This document shows, in pieces, positions 30,013 through 37,609 of a DNA stretch of 64,000 nucleotides (position 1 is its first letter; the number at the start of each line of letters is the position of its first letter). Source of the DNA: Candidatus Hydrogenedentes bacterium ADurb.Bin170. GTDB lineage: Bacteria; Hydrogenedentota; Hydrogenedentia; Hydrogenedentales; CAITNO01. The stretch lies in assembly GCA_002070275.1 (NCBI GenBank), contig MWCY01000011.1, forward strand, positions 19,847-83,846, written 5' to 3'. The notes beneath the pieces are model-generated. The model had not been told where the DNA came from, did no database searches, and was given only the letters and a program-made list of their open reading frames with translations. The position numbers and the translations under genes are program-made.

Positions 30013-30041
30013 CTGACTTGTTGTCCCGTATCTAAAAAAGA

Positions 30042-30980
30042 TCAGCCGCCGTTTCCGCTTTCTGCATCTCCGGCATCAGGCGCTGTACCGTCAAGCATTG
30101 AAGCCACCCGGCACCAGATTTCACGGATCGCCTCAGCTGCGGCACCGCCATAATCAAGAACAGTTTTCCCCGCAACCTGCGCCTCCGTCATCCGGCGGTC
30201 ATAACCGATCCGTCCGACCGGACGGGCGCCCATTGAAAGAGCGACCGCTTCAATGCTTTCCGTCAATTCAGAATTGATATCCCACTTGTTGACACACACC
30301 GCCACGGGCACATTAAAATGCTTCGCCAGCCGGGCAACCCGCTCCAGATCGTGCTGTCCGCTTAACGTCGGTTCCGTGATGATCAATGCGAGCGATGTGC
30401 CTGTAATGGAAGCGATCACCGGACAGCCGATTCCGGGAGGACCGTCGATAATCAGTTTTGCAATCCCCTCCTTTTCCGCTCTGTCTCTTGCGGCACGGCG
30501 CACCGTCGACACCAGCTTGCCCGAGTTTTCCGCGGCAATACCCAGCTTCGCATGAACCATGGGCCCGCAGGGTGTCGAAGAAACATACCACTCCCCTGCC
30601 GTACATTCAGGAAAATCAATGGCGGCGGCAGGGCACCAGTCAACACAGACGCCACAGCCCTCACAGGACAGCGGATCCACTGTATACCGGACATCCGCTC
30701 CCGTATCCTCCCGCCGGATACCCTCAAAGCGGCACCGTTCATAACAGTCTCCGCATCGGGTGCAGTCCTCCTGCCTGATTACCGCCTGATGCCCGCTCCT
30801 GAATTCATAATGCTCTTCCGGCTCCGGGTGCAGCAGCAAATGCAGGTCGGCCGCATCCACGTCACAGTCTGCCAGCACCGCCCTCCCGGCAAGAGACGCA
30901 AAGGCGGCCGTAAGGCTTGTCTTGCCCGTTCCGCCTTTTCCGCTGATGATGACCAGCTCCCGGATATCATGCCTGCTCAT
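30042..30980 (-). CDS. MinD-superfamily P-loop ATPase with inserted 2x[4Fe-4S] ferredoxin domain (COG1149-like), copy 1
   Basis: Deviant Walker A ISGKGGTGKTS. CTRCGDCYERC and CEGCGVCVDWCP ferredoxin motifs. Confidence 0.85.
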   Translation of the reverse strand: MSRHDIRELVIISGKGGTGKTSLTAAFASLAGRAVLADCDVDAADLHLLLHPEPEEHYEFRSGHQAVIRQEDCTRCGDCYERCRFEGIRREDTGADVRYTVDPLSCEGCGVCVDWCPAAAIDFPECTAGEWYVSSTPCGPMVHAKLGIAAENSGKLVSTVRRAARDRAEKEGIAKLIIDGPPGIGCPVIASITGTSLALIITEPTLSGQHDLERVARLAKHFNVPVAVCVNKWDINSELTESIEAVALSMGARPVGRIGYDRRMTEAQVAGKTVLDYGGAAAEAIREIWCRVASMLDGTAPDAGDAESGNGG

Positions 30981-31920
30981 AGCGTTCCCCTATACCGAAA
31001 AACAGCTTGTTTTCCCGTTCCATAACACACAGCCTCCCCTCTTTTACCAGCCTGTCCAACAGCTTCGCCGTTTCAAGCCGATGAAAACCCAGCCCTTCCG
31101 CAATCTCCTCCAGGGGACAGGGACGCCGCCTCAGCATTTCCAGCACAGGTGCCTCCTGAGGCAGCAGCACGCCGCCGCTGTCCGGAATGTAACGGGGCGA
31201 AATAATTTCCGCCTCAGGTTCAAAAAAAGAAACATAGCGCTCCATCACGGAAAAAGAAACCGCTTTTACACGGCTCATGGCGGGCGGACGCTCCACCGTA
31301 TTGATCTGCACTTTATCCGGCCGGATCAGCCGCACCTGTGCCGCAATTTCGCGCACGCTGTCTTCATCATCATTGATACCGTCCATTAGAAAGACTTCGA
31401 GCCACAGGGCACCGGAAAACTCATTTCGGAAAGCAATCAGCCCTTCCAGCATTTTTGCAAAAGAAAGTCCCGCGACAGGCCGGTCTATTTTCTGAAAAAG
31501 ACGCTCATTTCCCGCATCCAGCGAGGGTAAAACAACATCCGCATGAAGGAGCGCATCCCGCACTTCCTGCTGCCAGAAGAGCGCACCGTTGGTAATGACT
31601 GCAACAGGAACAGACGTCAGTGATTTTATTTTCTGAATCAGCTCTCCGAGTCCCGTATGCAGGGCAGGCTCCCCGGCGCCCGAAATCGTTATGTAATCCG
31701 GCGCCGGATGTGTGGCAAGAAAAGCAGCCACTTCCTCCAGAACGGCTTCCACGTCCACATAGGCATCGCGCTGCATGGTGTGGCAGGTGGTGCGCCCCTG
31801 CTCGCAGTAGATGCAGTCATAGGGGCAGGTTTTCGCCGGAATCAGATCCACGCCCAGCGATCTGCCAAGGCGGCGTGATACTACAGGACCAAAGATGAAG
31901 GAATGTTTACGGGAAGTCAT
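30967..31920 (-). CDS. radical SAM protein (COG0731-like) with C-terminal winged-helix domain
   Basis: FGPVVSRRLGRSLGVDL...CPYDCIYC (CxxxCxxC). A C-terminal LEEIAEGLGFHRLETAKLLDRLVKEGRL wHTH. Overlaps its neighbours by 14 and 4 bp. Confidence 0.85.
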   Translation of the reverse strand: MTSRKHSFIFGPVVSRRLGRSLGVDLIPAKTCPYDCIYCEQGRTTCHTMQRDAYVDVEAVLEEVAAFLATHPAPDYITISGAGEPALHTGLGELIQKIKSLTSVPVAVITNGALFWQQEVRDALLHADVVLPSLDAGNERLFQKIDRPVAGLSFAKMLEGLIAFRNEFSGALWLEVFLMDGINDDEDSVREIAAQVRLIRPDKVQINTVERPPAMSRVKAVSFSVMERYVSFFEPEAEIISPRYIPDSGGVLLPQEAPVLEMLRRRPCPLEEIAEGLGFHRLETAKLLDRLVKEGRLCVMERENKLFFGIGERYEQA

Positions 31921-32786
31921 GAACGCACCGCCTTTCCTTTCTCACGCTGCCCCGCACCGTCCCGAATTTTTCCGAGCAATTCCATAAAGGATGCTCTGTA
32001 TTCAGGCAACGCATCAACGATCAGGGCACCTCCGGAGTAGGCAGCTGCAATACGGCGATCCTCGGGAAGTGTCAGCAATACCGGAATATCTTCTGCATCA
32101 CAATAATCCCGCACCCTGGCATCGCCCACGTCCGCACGGTTAATCACTACACCGAAAGGAAGCCCGAGGGTGCGAACCGTCTCCACAGCAAGCTGCAGAT
32201 CATTGAGACAGAATGGAGTCGGTTCGGTAACCAGCACAACGTAATCCATGCCCTTCAGGGTCGTGATCACAGGACAGGAGGTCCCCGGCGGCGCATCATA
32301 AATAATCACTGCCGCATCGGGCGCTTTCGCTTTTACCGCTCGGATCAAAGGCGGCGACATAGCAGCGCCCACGCGCAGCGTCCCCTGCACAAAATGTAAA
32401 TCGCCCGCCATTCCACGGCTGACCGTACCGATCGCATGGGAAGATTCAGTCAAGGCTTTTTCAGGGCAGGCAGGCACACAGCCGCCGCAACCGTGACATA
32501 GCTCCGCAAAAACAATCAGCTTTCCCGCCACACAGGCAAGCGCATTGAAACGACAGACTTCCACGCATTTGCCGCAGCCGGTACATAACGCCGGATCCAC
32601 CTGCGGCACAGGAATTCCCGCAGTTTCAGAAAATGAAAGCTCCGGCTTCAGAAAAAGATGACCGTTTGGCGCCTCCACATCGCAATCCACATAAACAGTT
32701 TCGTCACCCTCCGTAAGGGCAGCCAGATTGGCGGCAACGGTCGTTTTGCCTGTTCCGCCTTTTCCTGATGCGATGGCTATGTGCAT
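31917..32786 (-). CDS. MinD-superfamily P-loop ATPase with inserted 2x[4Fe-4S] ferredoxin domain, copy 2 (start MHIAIASGKGGTGKT; the track ORF is over-extended)
   Basis: IASGKGGTGKTT Walker A, plus CTGCGKCVEVC and CHGCGGCVPACP. Confidence 0.8.
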   Translation of the reverse strand: MHIAIASGKGGTGKTTVAANLAALTEGDETVYVDCDVEAPNGHLFLKPELSFSETAGIPVPQVDPALCTGCGKCVEVCRFNALACVAGKLIVFAELCHGCGGCVPACPEKALTESSHAIGTVSRGMAGDLHFVQGTLRVGAAMSPPLIRAVKAKAPDAAVIIYDAPPGTSCPVITTLKGMDYVVLVTEPTPFCLNDLQLAVETVRTLGLPFGVVINRADVGDARVRDYCDAEDIPVLLTLPEDRRIAAAYSGGALIVDALPEYRASFMELLGKIRDGAGQREKGKAVRS

Positions 32787-33006
32787 GAAAGAAAAAATAT
32801 CCTGATGGTTCTGCCTGAATGGAAGTTTCCGTTTTTCAGGACACTGTCCCGGCAATTCCGAAACCTGTCGGGGCCGTCGGGAGCGACTCCGGTTCCGGAA
32901 TTGCCGATTGAACGGACAGTGCGTCAGTAAGGAGAAAAGAGAAACTCTATAATTAACATGCCTGTCGGGGGTCAGACAAAGGGTCTGAGCAGGAGCAGTT
33001 GCCTGC

Positions 33007-33375
33007 TCAAACCCAATGGCCATCCACAGCGGCAGCATGCATTTCCGCGAGGGCATCACGGCGCCACGCCTGCAGCGCCTCCGAAATCGGTACTTCATCC
33101 GAATGATAAACCCGTATGGATGATGCAGCAAATACAGTAAAGGCTTTGGGGCCGCAATGCCCTGTAACGAGAGCACTTGCTCCCGCTTTCACTACGGCCT
33201 GCGCTGCCTGTATGCCTGCTCCCTGAGGCGCGTTGACATTCTGCTGATTCTCCACCACCGTGTACTCGTCTGTGTCGGTGTCATAAATTAGAAAGCCATC
33301 GGCACGCCCGAAACGGGAACATACAAGCGCATTCAGATCTTTTCCTGATGTCGAAAATGCAATTTTCATAATCAT
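33007..33375 (-). CDS. NifX/NafY-like (PF02579) protein
   Basis: MKIAFSTSGKDL...FGRADGFLIYD...ALVTGHCGPKAF. Confidence 0.75.
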   Translation of the reverse strand: MIMKIAFSTSGKDLNALVCSRFGRADGFLIYDTDTDEYTVVENQQNVNAPQGAGIQAAQAVVKAGASALVTGHCGPKAFTVFAASSIRVYHSDEVPISEALQAWRRDALAEMHAAAVDGHWV

Positions 33376-33418
33376 TTCTTTTCCGGCAGCCGTGCAGGGC
33401 ACTGCTGCTTCCGCTGCG

Positions 33419-33703
33419 TCAGCGGTCAGATGACTTTTCAAGAGAAGCCAGACGGTCCTGTACTTCTTCCAGTGCGCCCTGAAGCCGGGCGGCCTGTTCG
33501 CGCAGGGACTGTGACTCTGTTTCGGAACTTAAACCGAAACCACGACCGAAACCACGACCGAAACCCATACCGCCGCGCATACCGCGGCCTGAACCCGCAC
33601 CACGGCGCGCAGCCATACCACGACCGTCACGCAGGCACCCGCCTGCACCACGCCCCGTCAGGGCGCCTTTTCCGCAAGGTCCTGTTCCATCTCTTCCAGG
33701 CAT
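33419..33703 (-). CDS. DUF5320-like Gly/Arg-rich protein with C-terminal coiled coil
   Basis: MPGRDGTGPCGKGALTGRGAGGC... Gly/Arg-rich N-terminus. LREQAARLQGALEEVQDRLASLEK coiled coil. This family is usually found beside PF02579 genes. Confidence 0.65.
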   Translation of the reverse strand: MPGRDGTGPCGKGALTGRGAGGCLRDGRGMAARRGAGSGRGMRGGMGFGRGFGRGFGLSSETESQSLREQAARLQGALEEVQDRLASLEKSSDR

Positions 33704-33706
33704 AAT

Positions 33707-34393
33707 CTAGTTCCTTTCTTCTTTGTCCAGACTGCCTCTGTTCAGCAGCCATTCTTTCACATCCATCGGAGACATCTGCTTCTGCTGCGACAGCGCCCGG
33801 AACGTCGATCCGGGATCCGCCGTGAAACCCGCTTCCTGCAGGCGACTCAGTGTGTCTTCCAGAAGAAGCCCGGCATCGTCACAAAATTCCTGCACGGTCA
33901 TGCGACCGACACCTGTACCATGACCTGATGCAGGATGCACCGCCTCTGCAGAGAGCGCACCGGCACAGCTTCCAGCTTTCTCCTCTTCGGTCAATGCTGT
34001 AAGGAAGCTGAACGGCGGCACTTCAAAAATGGCACCTGCCGACAGCAGCAGAAAAAGAAGGAGTGCCGTGACCGCTTCTTTTTTCAAATGAAGCCGCTGT
34101 TTTAAAAACAGATAGCGCAACAGAATGCGCCAGTTGAAGTACACATGAATCAACCCGGCAACAACAAAAGTGCAGGCCATAATGATGTGCAGGGCATTCC
34201 ACTGATCTTTCGACAGCAGCAAAACACGCCAGCCTGTTTCCCGGGCAATGCGACAGGACGGAGCAAGGTAAAGCACGAGACCGGACACCGCCAGTGTCAG
34301 AAAAACCAGGCTGATCAGAAAACTGGTAAGCCCTCTGCCGTGCCAGGGCGTTTTCTGTTTGTCTGTTGCCTCTTGTGTGCTCACTGTCATCAT
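33707..34393 (-). CDS. small integral membrane protein (4 TM, conserved His in helices; DUF4405-like?) with soluble C-terminal domain
   Basis: Hydrophobic helices LTSFLISLVFLTLAVSGLVLYL, LHIIMACTFVVAGLIHVYF, ALLLFLLLSAGAIF. Confidence 0.65.
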   Translation of the reverse strand: MMTVSTQEATDKQKTPWHGRGLTSFLISLVFLTLAVSGLVLYLAPSCRIARETGWRVLLLSKDQWNALHIIMACTFVVAGLIHVYFNWRILLRYLFLKQRLHLKKEAVTALLLFLLLSAGAIFEVPPFSFLTALTEEEKAGSCAGALSAEAVHPASGHGTGVGRMTVQEFCDDAGLLLEDTLSRLQEAGFTADPGSTFRALSQQKQMSPMDVKEWLLNRGSLDKEERN

Positions 34394-34399
34394 GCTACC

Positions 34400-34906
34400 T
34401 CACTCATGCCCGAAGGGGCGGTTGCAGCCGGGACATACGGCTGATTCCGGATGCCTCCGGCAGTTGGGAAGACGGCAGCCGCACTCAGGACATACGGAAT
34501 GCCCTCCAGAAAACCCGGGTTTGCCTCTGCCGTATCCCTGTCCTTTTCCGGCGCCGCACCGGCGCCCGCCGGAACCGCAGCCCGGCATGGCAAAAGCGCC
34601 GCTGCAGACAGTGCCTGCGAGCACTGCTGCCAGTATTTCTTCAACATCACCGGAGATAAACGGGATCAGCTGAATGCCGGCGGCAGAAAGCCAGTCGGCA
34701 AAACGCCGGGATACAGCGCCGCACACCAGCTGCCTTACGCCCAGTGCTTCAAGCTGTGAAAGCAGATTCTGTACGGTGCCTCCGGCAATTTCTTTTTCCT
34801 GACGGGACACCACAACCCCTTGCTGCAGCTCAACGACAAGAAACGTCCGGGCTGTATCCAGCACCGGAGAAATGCGTTGTTCCCTTACTGTCAGTGCAAT
34901 CTTCAT
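34400..34906 (-). CDS. NifX/NafY-like domain fused to Cys/Gly-rich zinc-ribbon-like tail
   Basis: An N-terminal PF02579-like MKIALTV...LVCGAVSRRF...LIPFISG. The tail GCGSGGRRCGAGKGQGYGRGKPGFSGGHSVCPECGCRLPNCRRHPESAVCPGC. Confidence 0.8.
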   Translation of the reverse strand: MKIALTVREQRISPVLDTARTFLVVELQQGVVVSRQEKEIAGGTVQNLLSQLEALGVRQLVCGAVSRRFADWLSAAGIQLIPFISGDVEEILAAVLAGTVCSGAFAMPGCGSGGRRCGAGKGQGYGRGKPGFSGGHSVCPECGCRLPNCRRHPESAVCPGCNRPFGHE

Positions 34907-34931
34907 CAGCAGTTCCTTGTATACCTTCTTA

Positions 34932-34947
34932 GAGCATACACCGTGCC
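34932..34947 (-). promoter_or_regulatory. candidate sigma-54 (-24/-12) promoter TGGCAC-GGTGT-ATGCT for the NifX/MinD/radical-SAM operon
   Basis: The minus strand reads TGGCACGgtgtATGCT with correct N5 spacing. GG and GC are conserved and the -12 reads ATGC instead of TTGC. It lies ~25 nt upstream of the ATG at 34906. Confidence 0.5.
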
Positions 34948-35020
34948 AATGATCAAAATATTTTTAACATACTGATATTAAATGAATTACAGGAGAGCGG
35001 GATCGCATTTTCGGCGAGAT

Positions 35021-35088
35021 AAGTCGCATTAATGCGACTATTAGAGATGCAACAGTCGCAATAGTGCGACTTATTTGCGACGCGTCGC
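35021..35088. promoter_or_regulatory. three dyad-symmetric GTCGCA/TGCGAC sites (candidate enhancer/UAS for the adjacent sigma-54 activator)
   Basis: AGTCGCAttaaTGCGACT (35021-35038), AGTCGCAatagTGCGACT (35053-35070), TGCGACgcGTCGCA (35075-35088). Centres are ~32 bp apart, at about -108 and -140 from the -12 element. Confidence 0.5.
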
Positions 35089-36450
35089 AGGAGGGAGCGT
35101 CAGGCCCAGAGCACGAACCTTGCGGAACAGCGTGCTCTTATGCATGCCCAGCAGATCAGCCGCTTTCTGCCTGTTTCCATCGCACGCTTTCAGGGCATCG
35201 AGAATGGCACGGGCCTCCGCTTCCTGAACCGCATTGTTCAGCGACGGAGCAGTCCCAGCGCCGGAGCGGCGGTAAAAAGCCTGCATCGCTTCAGGCAGAC
35301 ATCCGACATCAATGAGCGGCCTGTCACACAGCACGAAGGCATGTTCAATGCTGTTCTCCAGTTCACGGATATTACCCGGATAGTCGTAGGACATCAGCAG
35401 GCGCATTGCCTCCGCAGTGACCCCTTCTACCGTTTTATTCTGCCGGAGATGATTGTTACGACGGATAAACCGGTCCACGAGCAGGGGAATATCTTCCCGG
35501 CGCTCCCGGAGCGGCGGCAGTTCCAGCCTGATCACATTGATTCTGTAATAAAGATCCTGCCTGAAAAGTCCTTCCTGAACCAGTGCGCCGAGCGATTTGT
35601 TGGTGGCGGCAATGATGCGCACATCTGTGTGAAATGCGCGGGTTGCGCCCAGCGGCTCATACTGCTTTTCCTGGAGCACCCGCAGCAGCCGAACCTGCAT
35701 GGCAGGGCTGATATCCCCTATTTCATCCAGAAAAAGGCTCCCTTTTTCCGCCAGAGCAAAGCGGCCGGGCTTGTCTTTGTCCGCTCCGGTAAAAGCACCT
35801 GCCTGATACCCGAAGAGCTCGGACTCCAGCAGCGTATCAGGCAATGCGCCGCAGTTGATGCCAAGAAAAGGTCCTTTGTGCCGGCCGCTCAGATCATGAA
35901 TTGCCCGTGCCAGCAGCTCCTTGCCGGTACCTGTTTCTCCTTCTATGACAACAGGCACCTCGCTGGCTGCCACCTGCGGCAGCATCTGAAAGAGTTTTTC
36001 CATGGCGGCACTTCTGCTGACCATGTCGCCCAAGTCATAGCGATGTTCAATTTCACGCCGCAGCTCTTCCACAAGACTCAGATCACGAAAGGTTTCCACA
36101 CCTCCCACAACATTTCCCCTTTCATCCTTCAGCAGTGCAGTTGAAAGACTGATGGGGATGCGCTCTCCTGCCGCATCGACGATATAGACAGATTTGTTAA
36201 TGATGGGTTCCCCCGAATCCAGCGTGTGACGCAGGGCGCATTCCTCTTCGCAGGTGCTGGCGCGAAAAACTTCGCAGCAGCGCCTGCCCAGTGCTTCTTC
36301 CCGGGGAATACCGGTGATCTCTTCGGCGGCGCGGTTGAAGGAGGTAATACGCCATCCATGATCTACCGTGAATACTCCGTCGGAAATACTTTCCAGAATA
36401 ATCTCCGTGCTCTCCGGCGGCAGCATATCTTTGGAAAAAGGCTGATCCAT
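35071..36450 (-). CDS. sigma-54-dependent transcriptional activator (PAS - AAA+ - Fis-type HTH), PAS domain with Cys4 cluster
   Basis: GAFTGA motif, ESELFGY, Walker A GETGTGKE, and a C-terminal HTH. The PAS has CC-x6-C-x3-C (RRCCEVFRASTCEEEC). Confidence 0.9.
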   Translation of the reverse strand: MDQPFSKDMLPPESTEIILESISDGVFTVDHGWRITSFNRAAEEITGIPREEALGRRCCEVFRASTCEEECALRHTLDSGEPIINKSVYIVDAAGERIPISLSTALLKDERGNVVGGVETFRDLSLVEELRREIEHRYDLGDMVSRSAAMEKLFQMLPQVAASEVPVVIEGETGTGKELLARAIHDLSGRHKGPFLGINCGALPDTLLESELFGYQAGAFTGADKDKPGRFALAEKGSLFLDEIGDISPAMQVRLLRVLQEKQYEPLGATRAFHTDVRIIAATNKSLGALVQEGLFRQDLYYRINVIRLELPPLRERREDIPLLVDRFIRRNNHLRQNKTVEGVTAEAMRLLMSYDYPGNIRELENSIEHAFVLCDRPLIDVGCLPEAMQAFYRRSGAGTAPSLNNAVQEAEARAILDALKACDGNRQKAADLLGMHKSTLFRKVRALGLTLPPATRRK

Positions 36451-36532
36451 GGCACCTCATGTTTTCAGAAAAAAGCGCAGCATTGCACAGCCTCAGTGTA
36501 GACCCTTGACCGGCAGCGCTTCAACCTGCACA

Positions 36533-36578
36533 ATAAAAAAACCTGAAAAGGAGCGACGTTCCCGTTCTCCTTTTCAGG
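36533..36578 (-). terminator. rho-independent terminator downstream of the sugar-binding protein gene
   Basis: cctgaaaaggag...ctccttttcagg hairpin followed by T9 on the minus strand. Confidence 0.7.
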
Positions 36579-36604
36579 CATTGCGTCAAAGAAATTTCAA
36601 AGGG

Positions 36605-37582
36605 CTATTTGCCCGTATTCAGCAGCTTCTGCACTTCCGGACTTTCCAGATTTTCCAGCGTCACCACCGTGACTCCCGTGTCAATGATCGGCGGCACCTC
36701 TTCCCCTTTGAGCGATGCCACAGCCGCTTTCACGCCTTCATAGCCCATCTTGAAAGGATCCTGCACAATCAGTGCCTGAATCACTCCTTCTTTCAGCGCA
36801 TTGATCTCTTCTTCGGTCGCATCAAAGCCGACCAGTTTGACCTTTCCGGCTTTTCCTGCCGCCCGGAGTGCCTGAGCTGCACCGATGGCGCCGGGTTCGT
36901 TGGTTGCGAAAATACCGCCCAGATCGGGATGTGCCGTCAGCATATCGGAGGTCACATTCATTCCTGTACTGACATCACTCTGGGTATAGTTCGTGGCAAC
37001 AATTTTCATGCCCGGGAATTCAGTCACCCCTTCCTTGAAACCGCGCTCACGGATTTCAGACGTTGCAGCGCCGGAAATGAAGGGAAGCAGCCCCAGTTCG
37101 CCCTGTCCTCCCATGAGATCCGCCAGCACGCGTGCCGCCATTTTGGCGCCTTCGAGATTATCCGTGGCAACGAGACTTTTCGGAATATCCGACTTCACAC
37201 CCGAATCAACCATGACGACAGGAATGCCCGCCCTGTCCGCCTGTGCGATGACGGCACCCAGCGCATTTTCATCGCACGCCGCCATGACAATGGCACTCAC
37301 GCCCCGAGTAATCATGTCCTGCACAATATTGATTTGCTGGGCGATCTCGGTTTCCTTGGGAGGACCCTGCCAGACCACAGAGGCACCGCACTCGGCTGCA
37401 GCCGCTTCCGCTCCCGCCTTCACACCCAGCCAGAACTGATGAGACAAACCTTTGGGGATCACAGCAATTTCCAGAGCACCGCTCTTCGCCCCGCCGGAAC
37501 CGGAACTGCCGCTTCCACTGCCGCCGCAGCCGGCAAGACAAATCAGCGACAACAGAACTGCGCCTGTCGTTATGTATCTCAT
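36605..37582 (-). CDS. ABC transporter periplasmic sugar-binding lipoprotein (RbsB/monosaccharide-binding family)
   Basis: Lipobox LAGC plus a Gly/Ser linker. A PBP type I fold (VIPKGLSHQFW...VDSG...VGFD). Confidence 0.85.
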   Translation of the reverse strand: MRYITTGAVLLSLICLAGCGGSGSGSSGSGGAKSGALEIAVIPKGLSHQFWLGVKAGAEAAAAECGASVVWQGPPKETEIAQQINIVQDMITRGVSAIVMAACDENALGAVIAQADRAGIPVVMVDSGVKSDIPKSLVATDNLEGAKMAARVLADLMGGQGELGLLPFISGAATSEIRERGFKEGVTEFPGMKIVATNYTQSDVSTGMNVTSDMLTAHPDLGGIFATNEPGAIGAAQALRAAGKAGKVKLVGFDATEEEINALKEGVIQALIVQDPFKMGYEGVKAAVASLKGEEVPPIIDTGVTVVTLENLESPEVQKLLNTGK

Positions 37583-37609
37583 CGAAAATTCTCCTTGTAA
37601 TTGCGAATC

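Noticed and set aside
31917-33176. 419-aa version of the second MinD-ferredoxin gene with a 130-aa N-terminal extension
   Set aside because: The extension is Arg-rich with no fold signal. It spans the structured intergenic spacer and overlaps the upstream NifX-like gene. The conserved family N-terminus (MHIAIASGKGGTGKT) marks the real start.
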